Shown piece by piece: positions 1-13,581 of a stretch of DNA of 64,000 nt. Under the pieces are notes generated by a model that was not told the origin of the DNA, searched no databases, and saw nothing but the letters and a program-made list of their open reading frames with translations. A program made the translations under genes and the position numbers. Source of the stretch: Massalongia carnosa (lineage: Eukaryota). The DNA lies in the NCBI GenBank assembly GCA_965645245.1, contig OZ287074.1, positions 1,054,001-1,118,000 of the forward strand, read 5' to 3'. Positions within the stretch are counted from its first letter, which is position 1. Each line of letters begins with the position of its first letter.

Positions 1-1884
1 GTATCAGTCACATCGCCCACCTCACTGTCACTACCAAAACTGCGGATATCAGTTGCGCTTGGAGAGCCCATTACGCTGATGGAAAGCTAGCCCCAGCCAA
101 ACCAGGACAGAGCGTGGATCCCAAACCTACTGCAGGTCGCGGTGGTACTCAGATCACTGTTGTTCTCCCAACCCGCAAGGTTTACGCACTAATTAACTCT
201 AAATCAGGCTGAGGACCTATTCTACAACATCCCATCAAGGCGAAAAGCCTTCAAGTCCGCGAGTGAGGAGTACGCCAAGATCCTTGACGTTGTGGGCAGG
301 TATGCCGTTCACTGCACCGGCGTCGCCTTCTCTTGCAAAAAATTTGGAGATTCGGCGGCTGGGATTTCCACGCAGTTCGACGCCACCACAGTGAACAGCA
401 TTCGGCAGATACATGGTAGTGCAGTAGCTAACGAATTAGTCGAATTCCGGGTTAGCAGCGACAAATGGGGCTTCACAGCCTCCGGGTGGGCTACGAACGC
501 AAACTACCACGTGAAGAGAACTATGCTCCTGCTGTTCATCAATCACCGTTCGGTAGAATCCTCGGCCATTAAGAAATCTATCGAGCAGACCTACTCCACC
601 TTTCTCCCCAAGGGAGGAAGGCCATTCGTGTATCTAAGCCTCGAAATTGACCCGCAAAGGGTCGATGTCAATGTGCACCCAACGAAACGCGAAGTCAATT
701 TCCTGAACGAGGAAGAGATTATTGAGGCGGTCTGCTCCACAATCCGCGTCCAGCTCTCAAAAGTCGACACCAGCCGCACCTTTCTCACTCAAGCGCTCCT
801 CCCTCCATCCGCGCGAACCACTGTCCCAATCGCCAGCAAAAACCCCTCTTCTTCCACCATAGCCACCAAACACACCTCCACATCCACCGCAACCGCAGCT
901 CCGAAACCTCTCTCTAACGCTCTCATCCGCACTGATCCAGCTCTCAGAAAAATCACCTCTATGCTCCCCTCCCCTTACCCCACCCCATTGACAAAACCAC
1001 TCACATACACCACCAATCCCCGTCCTACCACCACCATTCGCCTCACCACTGTAAAATCCCTTCGGGCCGCCGTCCGCGACCGCACCCACGCCGCCCTTAC
1101 CGCAACATTCGCTTCGCACACCTACGTTGGGCTCGTGGACCCCACCCGCCGCATCGTCGCCATCCAAGCGGGTGTTAAGCTCCTCCTAGTGGACTACGGG
1201 CTCCTTTGCCGTGAGTACTTCTATCAGCTCGGTCTCACGGACTTTGGCAATTTCGGCCTGATCCGTTTTGAGCCCGCACTCGACATCCGTGCTCTAGTGG
1301 AGCTGGGCGTACGCGCTGAACGCACTGCGTCCGTTAACGCTACCCAGGACAATGACGACGAGATTGACTGGACCGAAATCCCCAGCTTGGTCACTACCCG
1401 CCTCATCTCCCACCGGGAAATGCTGCTCGAATACTTCAGCCTTGACGTCTCCCCCGAAGGCCTGCTCCATGGGATCCCTCTGCTCATAAAGGGATATAAC
1501 CCCTCCATGGGAAAGCTGCCGCGATTTCTAATGCGTCTGGGTCCCTGTGTGGACTGGGAGGACGAGGAGGGGTGCTTCCGAACGTTTTTGGAGGAGCTGG
1601 CGACCTTTTATGCGCCAGAGAGGATGCCAGGATATAGTACTGGGGGTGGTAATGGTGACAAAAATGCAGCAAATAAAGGCATACCCAATACCGAGATAAG
1701 CGAAGAAGCTCCCATGGACGTCGACACTGCCCTCCAATCTCGTACCGCCGAAATCGAACACGCGCTGGAACACGTGCTCTTCCCCGCGTTTCGCGCGCGC
1801 CTAGTTGCGACGAGGGAGCTATTGTGTGGAGTGGTGGAGGTAGCGGATTTGAAGGGGTTGTATCGGGTTTTTGAACGGTGTTAA
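1..1884 (+). CDS. MLH1: DNA mismatch repair protein MLH1 (5' part lies outside the window; intron 159-207)
   Basis: MutL motifs [33 protein letters not shown] and the diagnostic C-terminal LYRVFERC. Confidence 0.97.
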
Positions 1885-2883
1885 GGTTATTTTTGGTATG
1901 AGGGAGCTGGGAAGGGGGCAAGGAGAAGAGACACTAAGGGCGGAGGAGGGAAGGATGGTGTGTAACAATTGGGTAAAAAAAAGGGGGGAGGAAGAAATAA
2001 CAGGTGCGATTGAAAAAGCTACCAAAGAAAGCTAAGACGTATTAGATAAGGACAGCGCCGGTATGTATGCATGGGTTTCTACTCTCTCCGCATAGCGAGA
2101 ATAGACCGTCTACTTCAAGTCCCTTTATGGCTTGGTTAGCTTAATGGGGAGGGAGCGATGGGCAAGGAACTGTTCTGAAAAAAGGCAAACAAGATGGCAA
2201 ACTGATGCGGAGGGGAAAGGGCGGGGAAGGTCCTACAAAACCTGTATACACAGAATCTCCTTCATTTATTATGCATGTCTGTGAGGAAGAATTGTTTCTA
2301 TTTTGGTATCTGAACTAAATAGCCGGCTAGCTAATCTACCAAAGTAACACCCCAGTGTCTGAGACTAAGAGCCCCCCGATCCCATGAAAACGACACAGAA
2401 GTCGAGTGGGCGAAGCTATAAGAAAACAATATATCCCGTGATATGTGGGGGGCATGTGTTGGAAATGAAAGTAAAATATTGAATGAATTAAGCAAATGGG
2501 CAAGGGGAGCAGAACGATTGAGCAGGCCAGACGGAAATCAGGGAAAGCAGAAGGTTCTGGTCTCCAAGGTGTCGAGCGTGGAAATGAGAGTAGTTAGTAC
2601 TCGGTAAAGAAAAAACCAATGGAAATGACATTTGTGATTGACAGAGGAGAGAGGGTAGGTTGTAGGAAGTTGGTGAACAACGAGCAAAAATGGTTGGAAA
2701 ATGGTTGGAAAATAACCAAGCAAATTGAATCCAGGGCAACATGACAAGCAATAAGCAAAGGTAGCACCAATTCCCTTGTATGCTAAGACGAGCTTTCTAT
2801 GCTCTCCCATTAGCATCGGCTAGACCAGCCTCATTCAATTCCACAAGCCAGAGAGCTTGAAAGGCAAAGCTAGCTTAGATATC

Positions 2884-3822
2884 TCACTTGACAGGGTTTC
2901 GGATCATGATATCGAGTTCCACTGGCTTGGGGCCACGAATAAGGTGAATTTTTTTGATGATTTCAAAACCTAGTTTTTGGTATATTTTCGGATTGATGCT
3001 ATTGCTGCTTTCGAGATAACAGACCCTTTGTTCCTCGTCCGCCTAGTGACGGGCATAAGTAATTAGCATTGATAAGGCTCCAAGGCGCTGTTGTGTGTAG
3101 TCCGGCCATTCTCAACATTGCGTTGGGTATGATCTCATGAGACTCAACGATCATGTGCGCATCACTAGAGAGAGATCTGCTAACCTTTTTCATGACAGAC
3201 TCAATTAACGCTCTTGCATAGCCTTTGCCTCTTGCTTCGGGCTTAGTCCCAACGTATACTAAATACCAAGATTCATCCTCAAGGTCGCCGAGGACCTCAT
3301 GTTTCGTTTGGTGCAGCAGAGGCATGAACTCGCTAAAATACCGCTTGTGCGCTTCGGCCGAAAAGCCGAATCCATATTCAAGTCGCCACATACCGCTGCG
3401 GAAGCAGGTTAACCAATCGTCCATATTCTGACCGGGTGGCATCCTGGCTCCATTGCCCATGATCAGTTTACTCGAGCACAAGAGAGCGTCGCTTTCGAAA
3501 CTCACCAGAGAGCCACAGCGTCGTAGTTGGCACCAATAGTCGTTACTAGACCCTTTAAGATATGGCCATACACCAGATATTCCATAAGGCTGACATGAAG
3601 GCCCCACTTCTCCTTCGGAGTCCAATGGGCAACATCTCCAGTCTCGATGAAATACATGGCAACATCATCGTCTTTGAATGCGTGTGCGAGAGACAACGCA
3701 GCTTCCTTATACTCATTCTTCCCTACGATACGGACCTGGTTGTCCGCAACTGGGAGGAATGCTAAGGGCTTTGAAACAATTGGCATGGATTCGATGGTAA
3801 TGGCAGGATTAATCTTTTCCAT
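2884..3822 (-). CDS. GNAT-family N-acetyltransferase (exons 3822-3506, 3443-3185, 3042-2884)
   Basis: WYLVYVGTKPEARGKGYARAL acetyl-CoA motif A; spliced last exon reads ADEEQRVCYLESSN..IYQKLGF; GT-AG introns keep frame. Confidence 0.9.
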
Positions 3823-5114
3823 GTTCGAGCGGTTTTCGTTGCTCGGGTGTTTCTATAATGCTTCAGAGCAAACGTACAAGATGTGCTGGCAAGCTGATTC
3901 ATTCGTTGATCCGGGAGCAAACACACCTAGTCCTTTGAGTCATTAAGGTGTAGGTCGCAAAGACAATGGGAACGTACGTGGTAGGCTCTGCACTCCAATA
4001 TGTTCAAGGATGATCAATTGGTCTGGTCAAATCGCCCATATGGACTTTTGATAACTGAGTTCTCGACACTGTCTGGAATCGGGATGGATAACGCAAGCAG
4101 GAGAGAGATTTCCGTGTGTCAACCGACATCAACGCAAATGTCGAACAAGCAGATGTAAACAAGGAATCAATATGGAGAAAAATGAGGAAATGAGAGCAAC
4201 CGGATCTGGGTATCACAAGCTATGGAGATGAAGTCATCTACCGTAGTGTTTGAAACGAGGGGACTTGAAGCTAGGGTGTCACGAATGAGGGAAAGGATCA
4301 ATTGATACCACAGTGTAATCAATCCCGCTGGACGATGTTGAATGAACGATCATGAGAGTGGGAATCCAAAGGTTTCGGTTGGGGGTTGTGACTTGTGAGA
4401 CAGAAAGGAAAGCAGCTGAGAAAGAAGCGAGCCATCCGTAAAGGACACGAGCATACAGAGTACGAGTACAGAGTAGGCACTCTGTATCGTTTGTCTCCAT
4501 ACAGACGGGCGCTGATCCCGTGACACCTTCAATCCAATGATGGGATCAGTACCTCTGTACGGCCTCTGTATTAGGAAGAAGCCGATGAATCGCAATTTAT
4601 ATGCAGTTAATTGCATTGGTTTATTGGATTCCCGACGGGCCGTGTGATGGCATGCGACCAATGCATTAGAGGGCACATTCGGCGTCTGCGGTCCCTGACT
4701 TTGGGTATCCGTTTTGATTTGCACAGCGATTGCCTCTGACGTCGTCACGAACTGGTGGTGCCAATAAGACAGTTCCATTACAGCTGTATCGTCTAGAAGA
4801 GACAAGATATCCCTACTAGGCGAGGTCTGTGGGTCTTGTTCTTCATGCAGCATCCCCCAGCGGAGGTACGAAGGCAAATGCCAACGCTGGTTCACGGGAT
4901 GATGAATGGAGTCAAGGCGGAAGTCAGGAAAGAACTGCAGCAGGGACAGAGGTTCGATTCGCTTCTACTTTCCGGACTGGGAATGGCCCAATGCAGCTTC
5001 CTACAGGCCTAGATATCGTCTGGATCGTATACACCGTTTCGCTTGGAAAATGGAACAACAATGACACGTTGAAGCAATTCTAGAAAAGACACAAACCGCC
5101 CAACCCTCCTCCCT

Positions 5115-6014
<900 letters not shown>

Positions 6015-7244
6015 ATTAGAGGATTCGGTAGCTAGCTTGGAGACGTTCAAAAGACGTGTTCCTAGAGTTGATGGACAGTGATGAGTTAAATCAGCTACAG
6101 GTTATGAGTCTGACTGGAGAACACTGGAATATGCTGAGCTTGCTCGGCGGCCGATCAAAGCCTCGGCGAAGATCGAAAATGGGACATGGCATCTTGAACC
6201 CGGATCTAAACTCCGGAGACCCTTCAAACTCATACTTAGTCTGTACAAATTGGCGCTTAAAGCATGTCAAGGGTTTAGTTACAAGGATCAACGAGCATCT
6301 TCACCGCCATGTTAAGGATGAGACACTGGGATTTTTACGCCTGTCTATTATATGATACAGACCTTTGTAATGTGTATACTATTATTTAGGTGTACACTCT
6401 ATGCCGGCTGTGAGGGATGTGGCATTCAATGGCAAACCTCTTTGATCCAATGAGGTTTGTTTAAAATTTTATCATTCAGGAAGCGTTTCGACATGATAAC
6501 TAATGTTAGTGTCATGTTCCATCGTTCTCAGAGACCTTCAAAGGTCTAGCGGATAGCTGTAAGAGGTAGTTGCTAACTTACTCCGTACACAGTAGGTATA
6601 TCAAGACAACTAGGCAATAGATTAATATTGCGTTTAAAAACCGAAACTTGAGATTACAGGCAAAGATAACGGTCGATAGAGAAGTAGAGCCCTTGATGCC
6701 TGCTACTGATATGCGATATACCTAAGGATTAACGGGTATGTACGGAGTATGCCCATTGAATTTAACAACGTCCAAAAGAACATTGCAGCGCCCTGTGATC
6801 GTCGGTTCCTTGCTGACATAAGCTTACCTTCAATCTTTTCATTGTCTGCAGGACTTCATTCACGCAATAGAGCTAATATTGGTGTGTCCATTTCTACAGA
6901 GCTTATTTGCTTTGCCAAGCTAACTTTAATTCCAGCGTGCTTGTAGGCCTGAGAAATGCCATAAGGACGGGGTCTTTTTGCTAGATCAAAAGAGCGAAGG
7001 GCGTGCATGTTGTACTCCGTACGAGTGCCCTGGTCGATTGCTAACTCAAACAACTAGGGTGTGGATCAAACTTATAGAATCACAATCTGGTTCTCGCTGG
7101 CAGATATCCCAGACAACTGACCCTATGCCTGCGGATGGTGCACGTCCGAACTTGTAGGAGGACGAGCAAGATTGACTGGCTCTTGCGCAAAATCATGCAT
7201 ATAAACGTGTGACGAGAATGTCCACGAAGAACACTTTAATTTTA

Positions 7245-7853
7245 TCACCGTCCCGACGATGCATTTGTGGACAAGAACAGTACGCAAGCCGCCACTATGG
7301 CACACGCTACAACGGTAAAGCCCTGTCCAATAATATTAGCAGTTGCATATGCAGCTCCTGTTCTGCCTTACGCCCTGTATCAGACGCACTCACAATTTGA
7401 GTTTTCCATCCATTCTGCACTAACGCTTGCCTCCTTGAGTACTTGGTTACTGTGTTTACATAATTTGCACATCCAATTGCTAAACATCCCATACTTAACG
7501 TCCAGAAGATCAGGCCAACCGGCACTGCCATGTGCCTTTCAATATTTGTTGGTTGCGATTTGAGATGAAAAGAGATCATGATGGCAACGCTGACAACTGA
7601 CATGTAGATGCCGAGACGAAGCCATGAGAGGAAGGTCCTTTCGTTGGCGCAGTGATCACGGGCATCTGATGAGTCGTTCATAAACAACAAAGGAGCGAAT
7701 AACGGACGGGAGAGGAATGGATGGGTAGTGCTTGAACTGAGAATTGTTAGCCGTTTCAAGATTAAGATGGAGTATTACTTGCGGGTCTATTGTGACTGGT
7801 TGAGGACTGAAAGAGTCCAGGATATGAGTAGTGAAGCCTTCATTATCTGACAT
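7245..7853 (-). CDS. DUF202-domain small membrane protein (exon 1 joined through GC-AG intron 7782-7737)
   Basis: ARDHCANERTFLSWLRLG DUF202 signature followed by hydrophobic helices; last exon GFTVVACAIVAACVLFLSTNASSGR*. Confidence 0.85.
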
Positions 7854-8143
7854 GTTAGAATCTGCAGTCGAACTGTAGCAAAGTAACCTTTTCCTTGCCA
7901 GCAGGCAATTATTTATATAAAATGCCACAGGGATGGCAGGCCAGGTATGTTTGAGAAAGAGTGGGAAGTGGGAGTTGGAGGGGCTTAACGTTAGCGACTT
8001 TCCTCTTTTCATCCGCCAGTTATGTACCAGATTATTGCAACTGTTGACAGCCATCTCGAGCAGATGCTGAGACCATGATTGAACCTGCCCTAAGTTTTCC
8101 ATAAAATTCATGATGCCAGGGACTGTTTCTAATCGCCCTCAAA

Positions 8144-10977
8144 ATGTCGTCTTCGAAGCTTGCAAAAGCTCCAGCTTCGGCACCAGACCTCGATATTCTG
8201 GGCGATCAAATCACCATTCATCGCGGCGGGTACGTTGAATCTCTCTCGAGTCAACATGATGCTTCGGAAAGAAATCTTGTGGAACATATGGTGAGATTCC
8301 GAGAATCGCCACTCGAATTCCTCCGCGAAGTGAGCCTTCATGTGTCTGGTGTAGGATGGCGGGCGTACGACGATATCATCGGTCAACCAATTTTCTACAG
8401 GGGGTTTTCCGAAAACATGATTGCTGCTGTATTGGGAACACCAATGCTCAAACAAAGGATCAAGGAGCTGGCGCAACGAAGGGTTGATGTGGAAGAGAAG
8501 CAAGGCCTCTTCGGAGAGGGTGATCAGAAGCAAAACAGGTCTTTACAAAGGATGGAAGAGATTGATAAGAGTCTGCAAGAGGTTGCTGGAAAGTTGACAG
8601 ATGGAATGATATGCAAGCTCGAGAGCAAGCATTTTATAAGAGGAGCTTACTACCTAACCACGCAGTTACTAACCCGAGCATATCATCAAGGTAGGGTATA
8701 TCTATCAGGATTGATTATAGTCTATACCTTATGCTGACGTTTAGCTGCTAGGAATTCACGTCTCTAGTGAGGAAGTACTTAGGTTACGCTCGGTTGCAGA
8801 GGACGCCGCAAAGAAGAAACACTCAATTATATTTCTTCCGTGCCATCGGTCGCATGTCGATTATGTCTCCTTACAACTCATCTGCTACCGCCTGGGCATA
8901 GCTTTACCAACTGTCGTTGCAGGGGATAATTTGAATCTTCCGGTTGTTGGCTCGTTTCTCCAGAACGCTGGTATGTCTAGTAAAGTTCCTCAACGTGGTG
9001 CATTTCCAAAGGACCTGTTCGGACGCCAATCCGAAGTTCCTTTTTGAATATTTTACTTTGTTCATTGATAATTTTGGATGGTTTTCCAAAGCCTATGCTA
9101 ATGTTTAATAAGGTGCCATGTGGATCAGACGTAGTTTTGGTGAGGATCCTCTGTATACTACCGTGGTTCAGGCCTATATAGATACACTCTTGCAAAATGG
9201 TTTCAATTTTGAGTGCTTCATCGAGGGCGGCCGATCTCGAACTGGAAAGCTGTTGTCGCCAAAGTTCGGCATTCTGAGTTTTCTTCTTGATAGCGTCCTA
9301 TCTGGCCGAGTGGACGATGCTATCGTTTGCCCTGTTAGTACACAATACGACAAGGTCATTGAAACAGAGTAGGGGCTCCAACTAAATCTGTTGAATTTTA
9401 CTAACATTGAAAGATCCTACATCAGCGAGCTGCTGGGTCAGCCAAAACCCCAGGAAAACCTGAAGGATTTTCTTTCTGCGTCCTCTGTACTATCGTTGAA
9501 GCTTGGGCGAGTTGACGTTCGATTCCATGAGCCCTGGAGTCTGAAAGACTTCATTGCCAACCAACGAGCTCGAGTAAACCAATCGCCGTTAGAGGCAACT
9601 AAAGACGGTCCATTGGGGCTGGAGAGGACGCGTCTTCTAAGAACTCTCGGATTCAAAATTCTTTCAGATATCAACGCAGTGTCAGTTGTCATGCCGACAG
9701 CTCTCATAGGTACAGTGCTGCTGACACTGCGAGGTCGCGGTGTGGGCGAAACAGAGCTCATATGCCGTGTCGATTGGCTTAGTGACCGAGTCAGAGCCAA
9801 GGGGGGCAGGGTGGCACACTTTGCAGGCGCTCCAACGAGTTTGGTAGTTGCTCGAGGTCTCGAGGTACTGGGACCTGGTTTGGTTGGCTCCATTGAAGAT
9901 CTAGCGGAAACTACTTATTACGCTGTCGATAGATTTCAGCTATCGTTCTATCGGAATATGACTATTCATCTTTTCATCTCAGAAGCGCTTGTATCCGCTG
10001 CGATGTATACTCGCATTAAGCAGGGTGGAGGACCAGACAACCAGAGAATATCCTACAAGGCGCTTTATGGCCAAGTTTCATTCCTTTCCCAGGTAAGCCC
10101 TTGCCTCGAATGAAAAGGGCCCATTTAACAATCCTAGCTTTTCCGTGGCGAGTTCATTTATCCTACGACTGGTCTTCCGGCAAATCTAGAAAAGACCCTT
10201 CAAGGGCTTGAAGCTGATGATGTGATTTGCGTTGCCCGTAATCCGAATGGAGAGGCTTTGTCTGCCGAGCTTAGTGGCGCAGAGAGAAGTTGCGGGAGAG
10301 AAAACTTCGACTTTTATTGCTTTCTCATTTGGCCGTTCATTGAATCGACCTGGTTAGGTGCCGTGTCATTAATGGGTTTGGCGCCGCCTTTAGATATGGC
10401 TAGTAACACATGGCTTAATTTAAAGCAAACGCAGGATAAAGCGCAGCTAGTATGTAGGTCGTTTGCCTCTAATGGAACGGGTGCTAAAATATTTGTAGCT
10501 GGGAAAATCACTATATCACCAGGGCGATCTCTCATATTTTGAAGCTGTGAACAAAGAAACCCTTAAAAATGCCTTTCAGCATTTTGAAGAGGAAGGCATC
10601 ATCATCTTATCCAAGAGCAAAGATTCAAAAATCCCGACATTGGTGAAGCTTGCCGGAAACTGGACGCCGGACCGTGATAAAAAAACGGGAAAGATTGTTC
10701 CACAGGGAAAACTGTGGCAGTTCGCGGAGACTATTGCGCAGTCCAGGAGAGAAGGGTGGGTTTTTTCAGGACCTTTCATATTTCTTTCGGTAAGATATTT
10801 ACAATGCATAGCAAAAATCGCCGCGACGGTGCAACAGTCAGCACACGTGTTCTTGCGCTGGCAGATAAAGTCGGCCGCGAGCTATATGCTTCTGCGGCAA
10901 TGTCACTAGCAGCGGATGATGGTAGCTCTCCAAGAAAAAGACGTCGAAAAGAGATCCGAACAAGGGCACGTCTATGA
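8144..10977 (+). CDS. Glycerol-3-phosphate/dihydroxyacetone-phosphate acyltransferase (PlsB/GPAT-DHAPAT family), 7 exons, C-terminal PTS1-like ARL
   Basis: FLPCHRSHVD (HxxxxD) and FIEGGRSRTGKLL acyltransferase motifs; introns join ORF pieces in frame; ends RARL*. Confidence 0.93.
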
Positions 10978-12185
10978 ACAGTGGGGACCGCCTTATCTAC
11001 TCCTTGCAGCCATATTGTTTTTCTTTTGCTTCATGCCGTAAGGTTTATGAATGGTGGAGACTTTTCCCCATTCTCCTATCTCCTATGAGTTCAGTCAGGC
11101 ATGCCAAAGACGGAGAGATGACGGAATCACGTGAGTTCTCAAAAATCCTTCGGCTTCAATTTATCTATTGCGAGCTGACCCTGCTGCCGGGGGGAAGTTA
11201 TTGGCCTATACCTAGCACAAGCCCTGGCGATCAATACAATACACTTCAGTCCTCATAGGAGATATGCGATCATTAAACTCAGCAAACTCAATGCTCTTCA
11301 ACATACAAAAATAAGAGAAGCCTAACGCCAACTTTACCTTCATTCTAACAAGTCTGTCAGCCCTCTAGAAGAAAATTCAGAATTGAGGGATCGAGCTGTG
11401 TCGTCTTATCGTTTCATAAGGAATTACCACCCTGGATGAACTTTTGGCAACACTCTTGGAATTCTCCTTCCACACTTATCCTTATGAGCAGATAAAATCT
11501 GTCCAACAGTAGCCAAGGAATATCCTTAACAGCGGACATGTCTAACGAGACACTTTCGAAATCACACGTCCATAGGTTCCTTGGATACCGTTTTTATTCA
11601 AATCAAGACATAAATCACATCTAACTTGCTCCTGTGTAATCTCCCATATAACCAGTCGTACGCTACAGAACGACCTCGCCGTCGATCACTTCTCTCCAAG
11701 TTTCTACAGCACGTCATTATGTCTCTACAAGGCGTTCATGCAGCAAATTGCAATGAGGAACAATAAAGCGCTGCTGTTAAATAAATGGAAAGGTCAAACT
11801 ATTACATAAGCTAGCTATCTAGTTTCATTGCATTTCGAACTCTAAAATAGGAGTGAAGGGGTCATCAGCGTTGCAGAAAAGCTCAAGGGATTTTCTCTTG
11901 CTACCAATTTTAAACATGTACAAAAAGCCTTCCAATAGAACCGAATAGAATTAGTTTCTTTCTACCCCAAAAACCTTACAATCCACCCATCGTACAGAGG
12001 TACTCCTTACGTCCATGATATTAACTTCGGCAAAACTGGGCCACCCCCATGATGAACTACAGCCTCAAAACCAGCAACATGAACCATGAAGTGACTTAGT
12101 TAATGCACCCAAAAATTTAAATTTCCTATCGTACAGGAAACCACTGATAAAATAAGTCCAAAAAATCATAAAATGAAAACGAAAA

Positions 12186-12259
12186 AGCTCTCAGACCGAT
12201 TCGAACGATCGACATTGCGATCTGCAATCGCATGCTCTAAACCGCTGAGCTATGAGAGC
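12186..12259 (-). tRNA. tRNA-Cys(GCA), intronless
   Basis: Acceptor GCTCTCA/TGAGAGC, D stem GCTC/GAGC, anticodon stem TGCGA/TCGCA with loop TTGCAGA, T arm GATCG-TTCGAAT-CGGTC, U73 discriminator, then a T run (Pol III terminator). Confidence 0.97.
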
Positions 12260-13581
12260 TTACAAATTTCAACTAACATAAAAATATATATCAACATAGT
12301 TATTGTGATACAGATATCCTTTGTCATAACTTCTTTCCTTTCTTCCTTCCTTTGTTGTCCTGTCCTCATTTTATCTACCTGCCTGTCTATCTAGTTTCCT
12401 ATGTTTTATCATCCCAGATCCCTCTCTCCTATCCGTCTGTCTTCCTAGGTTAAGCCTCAGGAGTTTCCAAAACCCTTACTTGCTCTCCCCATCTCCCATG
12501 TCGACTTGCTTACCCGTACCTTACCTTCCATCGTTCGTTTCCTGCATGCATGCAATGGGTTGTTCCGTTGATATTGATATTGATATCAGAGGTTGCGCGA
12601 GAACTGGGTTACAAAGAGAGACCGCTGCTGCTTGATTCTTTACTTATATGCTTTCTTGTATAGGTAGCGATGTGATGTGTTGGTTCCTGGTGTTGGTAGG
12701 GAGGGAGGTAGGGGGGTTAGAAGGGAAATGGGGCGTTGCGAAAAAAGGTAGCTAGGATATGATGAGATACTAATGCCACTACTGATGCCGAAGCCGAAGC
12801 CGAAGCCAACGCAGGCAGATGCTGGATACGTACAGCAACCTACTCAGCTAAGGAGGGATGGGGAGATGGTGGAATCGAACGAAGCGGGCATGGGGGCGGC
12901 GATGAAGAAGGAGTATTAAGGATGGATGGAGAAGTACTGTGAAAATCACTCCCCATTTCTTTGTGAGGATATACTGGCTAGGCAGATGGCTCGAAGCTAT
13001 GAGCTCCATTCTACCAATAGCACGCCTACAACTTAATCAAATTTCACTCCCTCCCTTCCCTACCAGCTCTTAGATTCTTTCGGAACTGGGACTCTAGTCC
13101 GTAACCATGACGGCGTGGCTTTAGAAAAGAGTCGCTCCGCTATGCATTCCTGAGAATCCTATCTTCACTTGGGCGAAATGGACAAATTCTGCGCGGTGGT
13201 ACTTGCGGTGGACTGAGATTCCTGCTTGGGGTATTCGGGGGCTGTGCCAAGGTGAACGGTTGGGGAGGAATCTTAGTTTGAGTCTTTTTGACATGTATGG
13301 GGAACTCCGGGAAGAAGGATGGAGTTGGCCGCAGTGGTAAAGCCAAAGAGACGCCTGTTGAGTCTCTTCGAGGCTGTTATTCGGGATTTGAAGAGTAAGA
13401 CTGGCATACTGTTTCGCAAACCAGAAACTTAGGCTACAGGATTATGTAGAGAGGAACTTGTCAAGAGGCAAAACTGAAGTAATGGGATGTTTTTAAATCT
13501 ACCTTATTTTCAACCACCGTTTATGCCTGCCCTTCAGGTATTACCTGTGAAGCCTGATTGATATTCCGAGGTGACCATCGA

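Noticed and set aside
2355..2380. CTGAGA as a TPP riboswitch or RNase P motif
   Set aside because: The other conserved segments are missing and there is no thiamine gene nearby.
12781..12940. DAEAEAEA resembling an alpha-pheromone precursor
   Set aside because: No start codon, signal peptide, KR sites or repeated mature peptide; a (GCCGAA)n microsatellite after stop codons.
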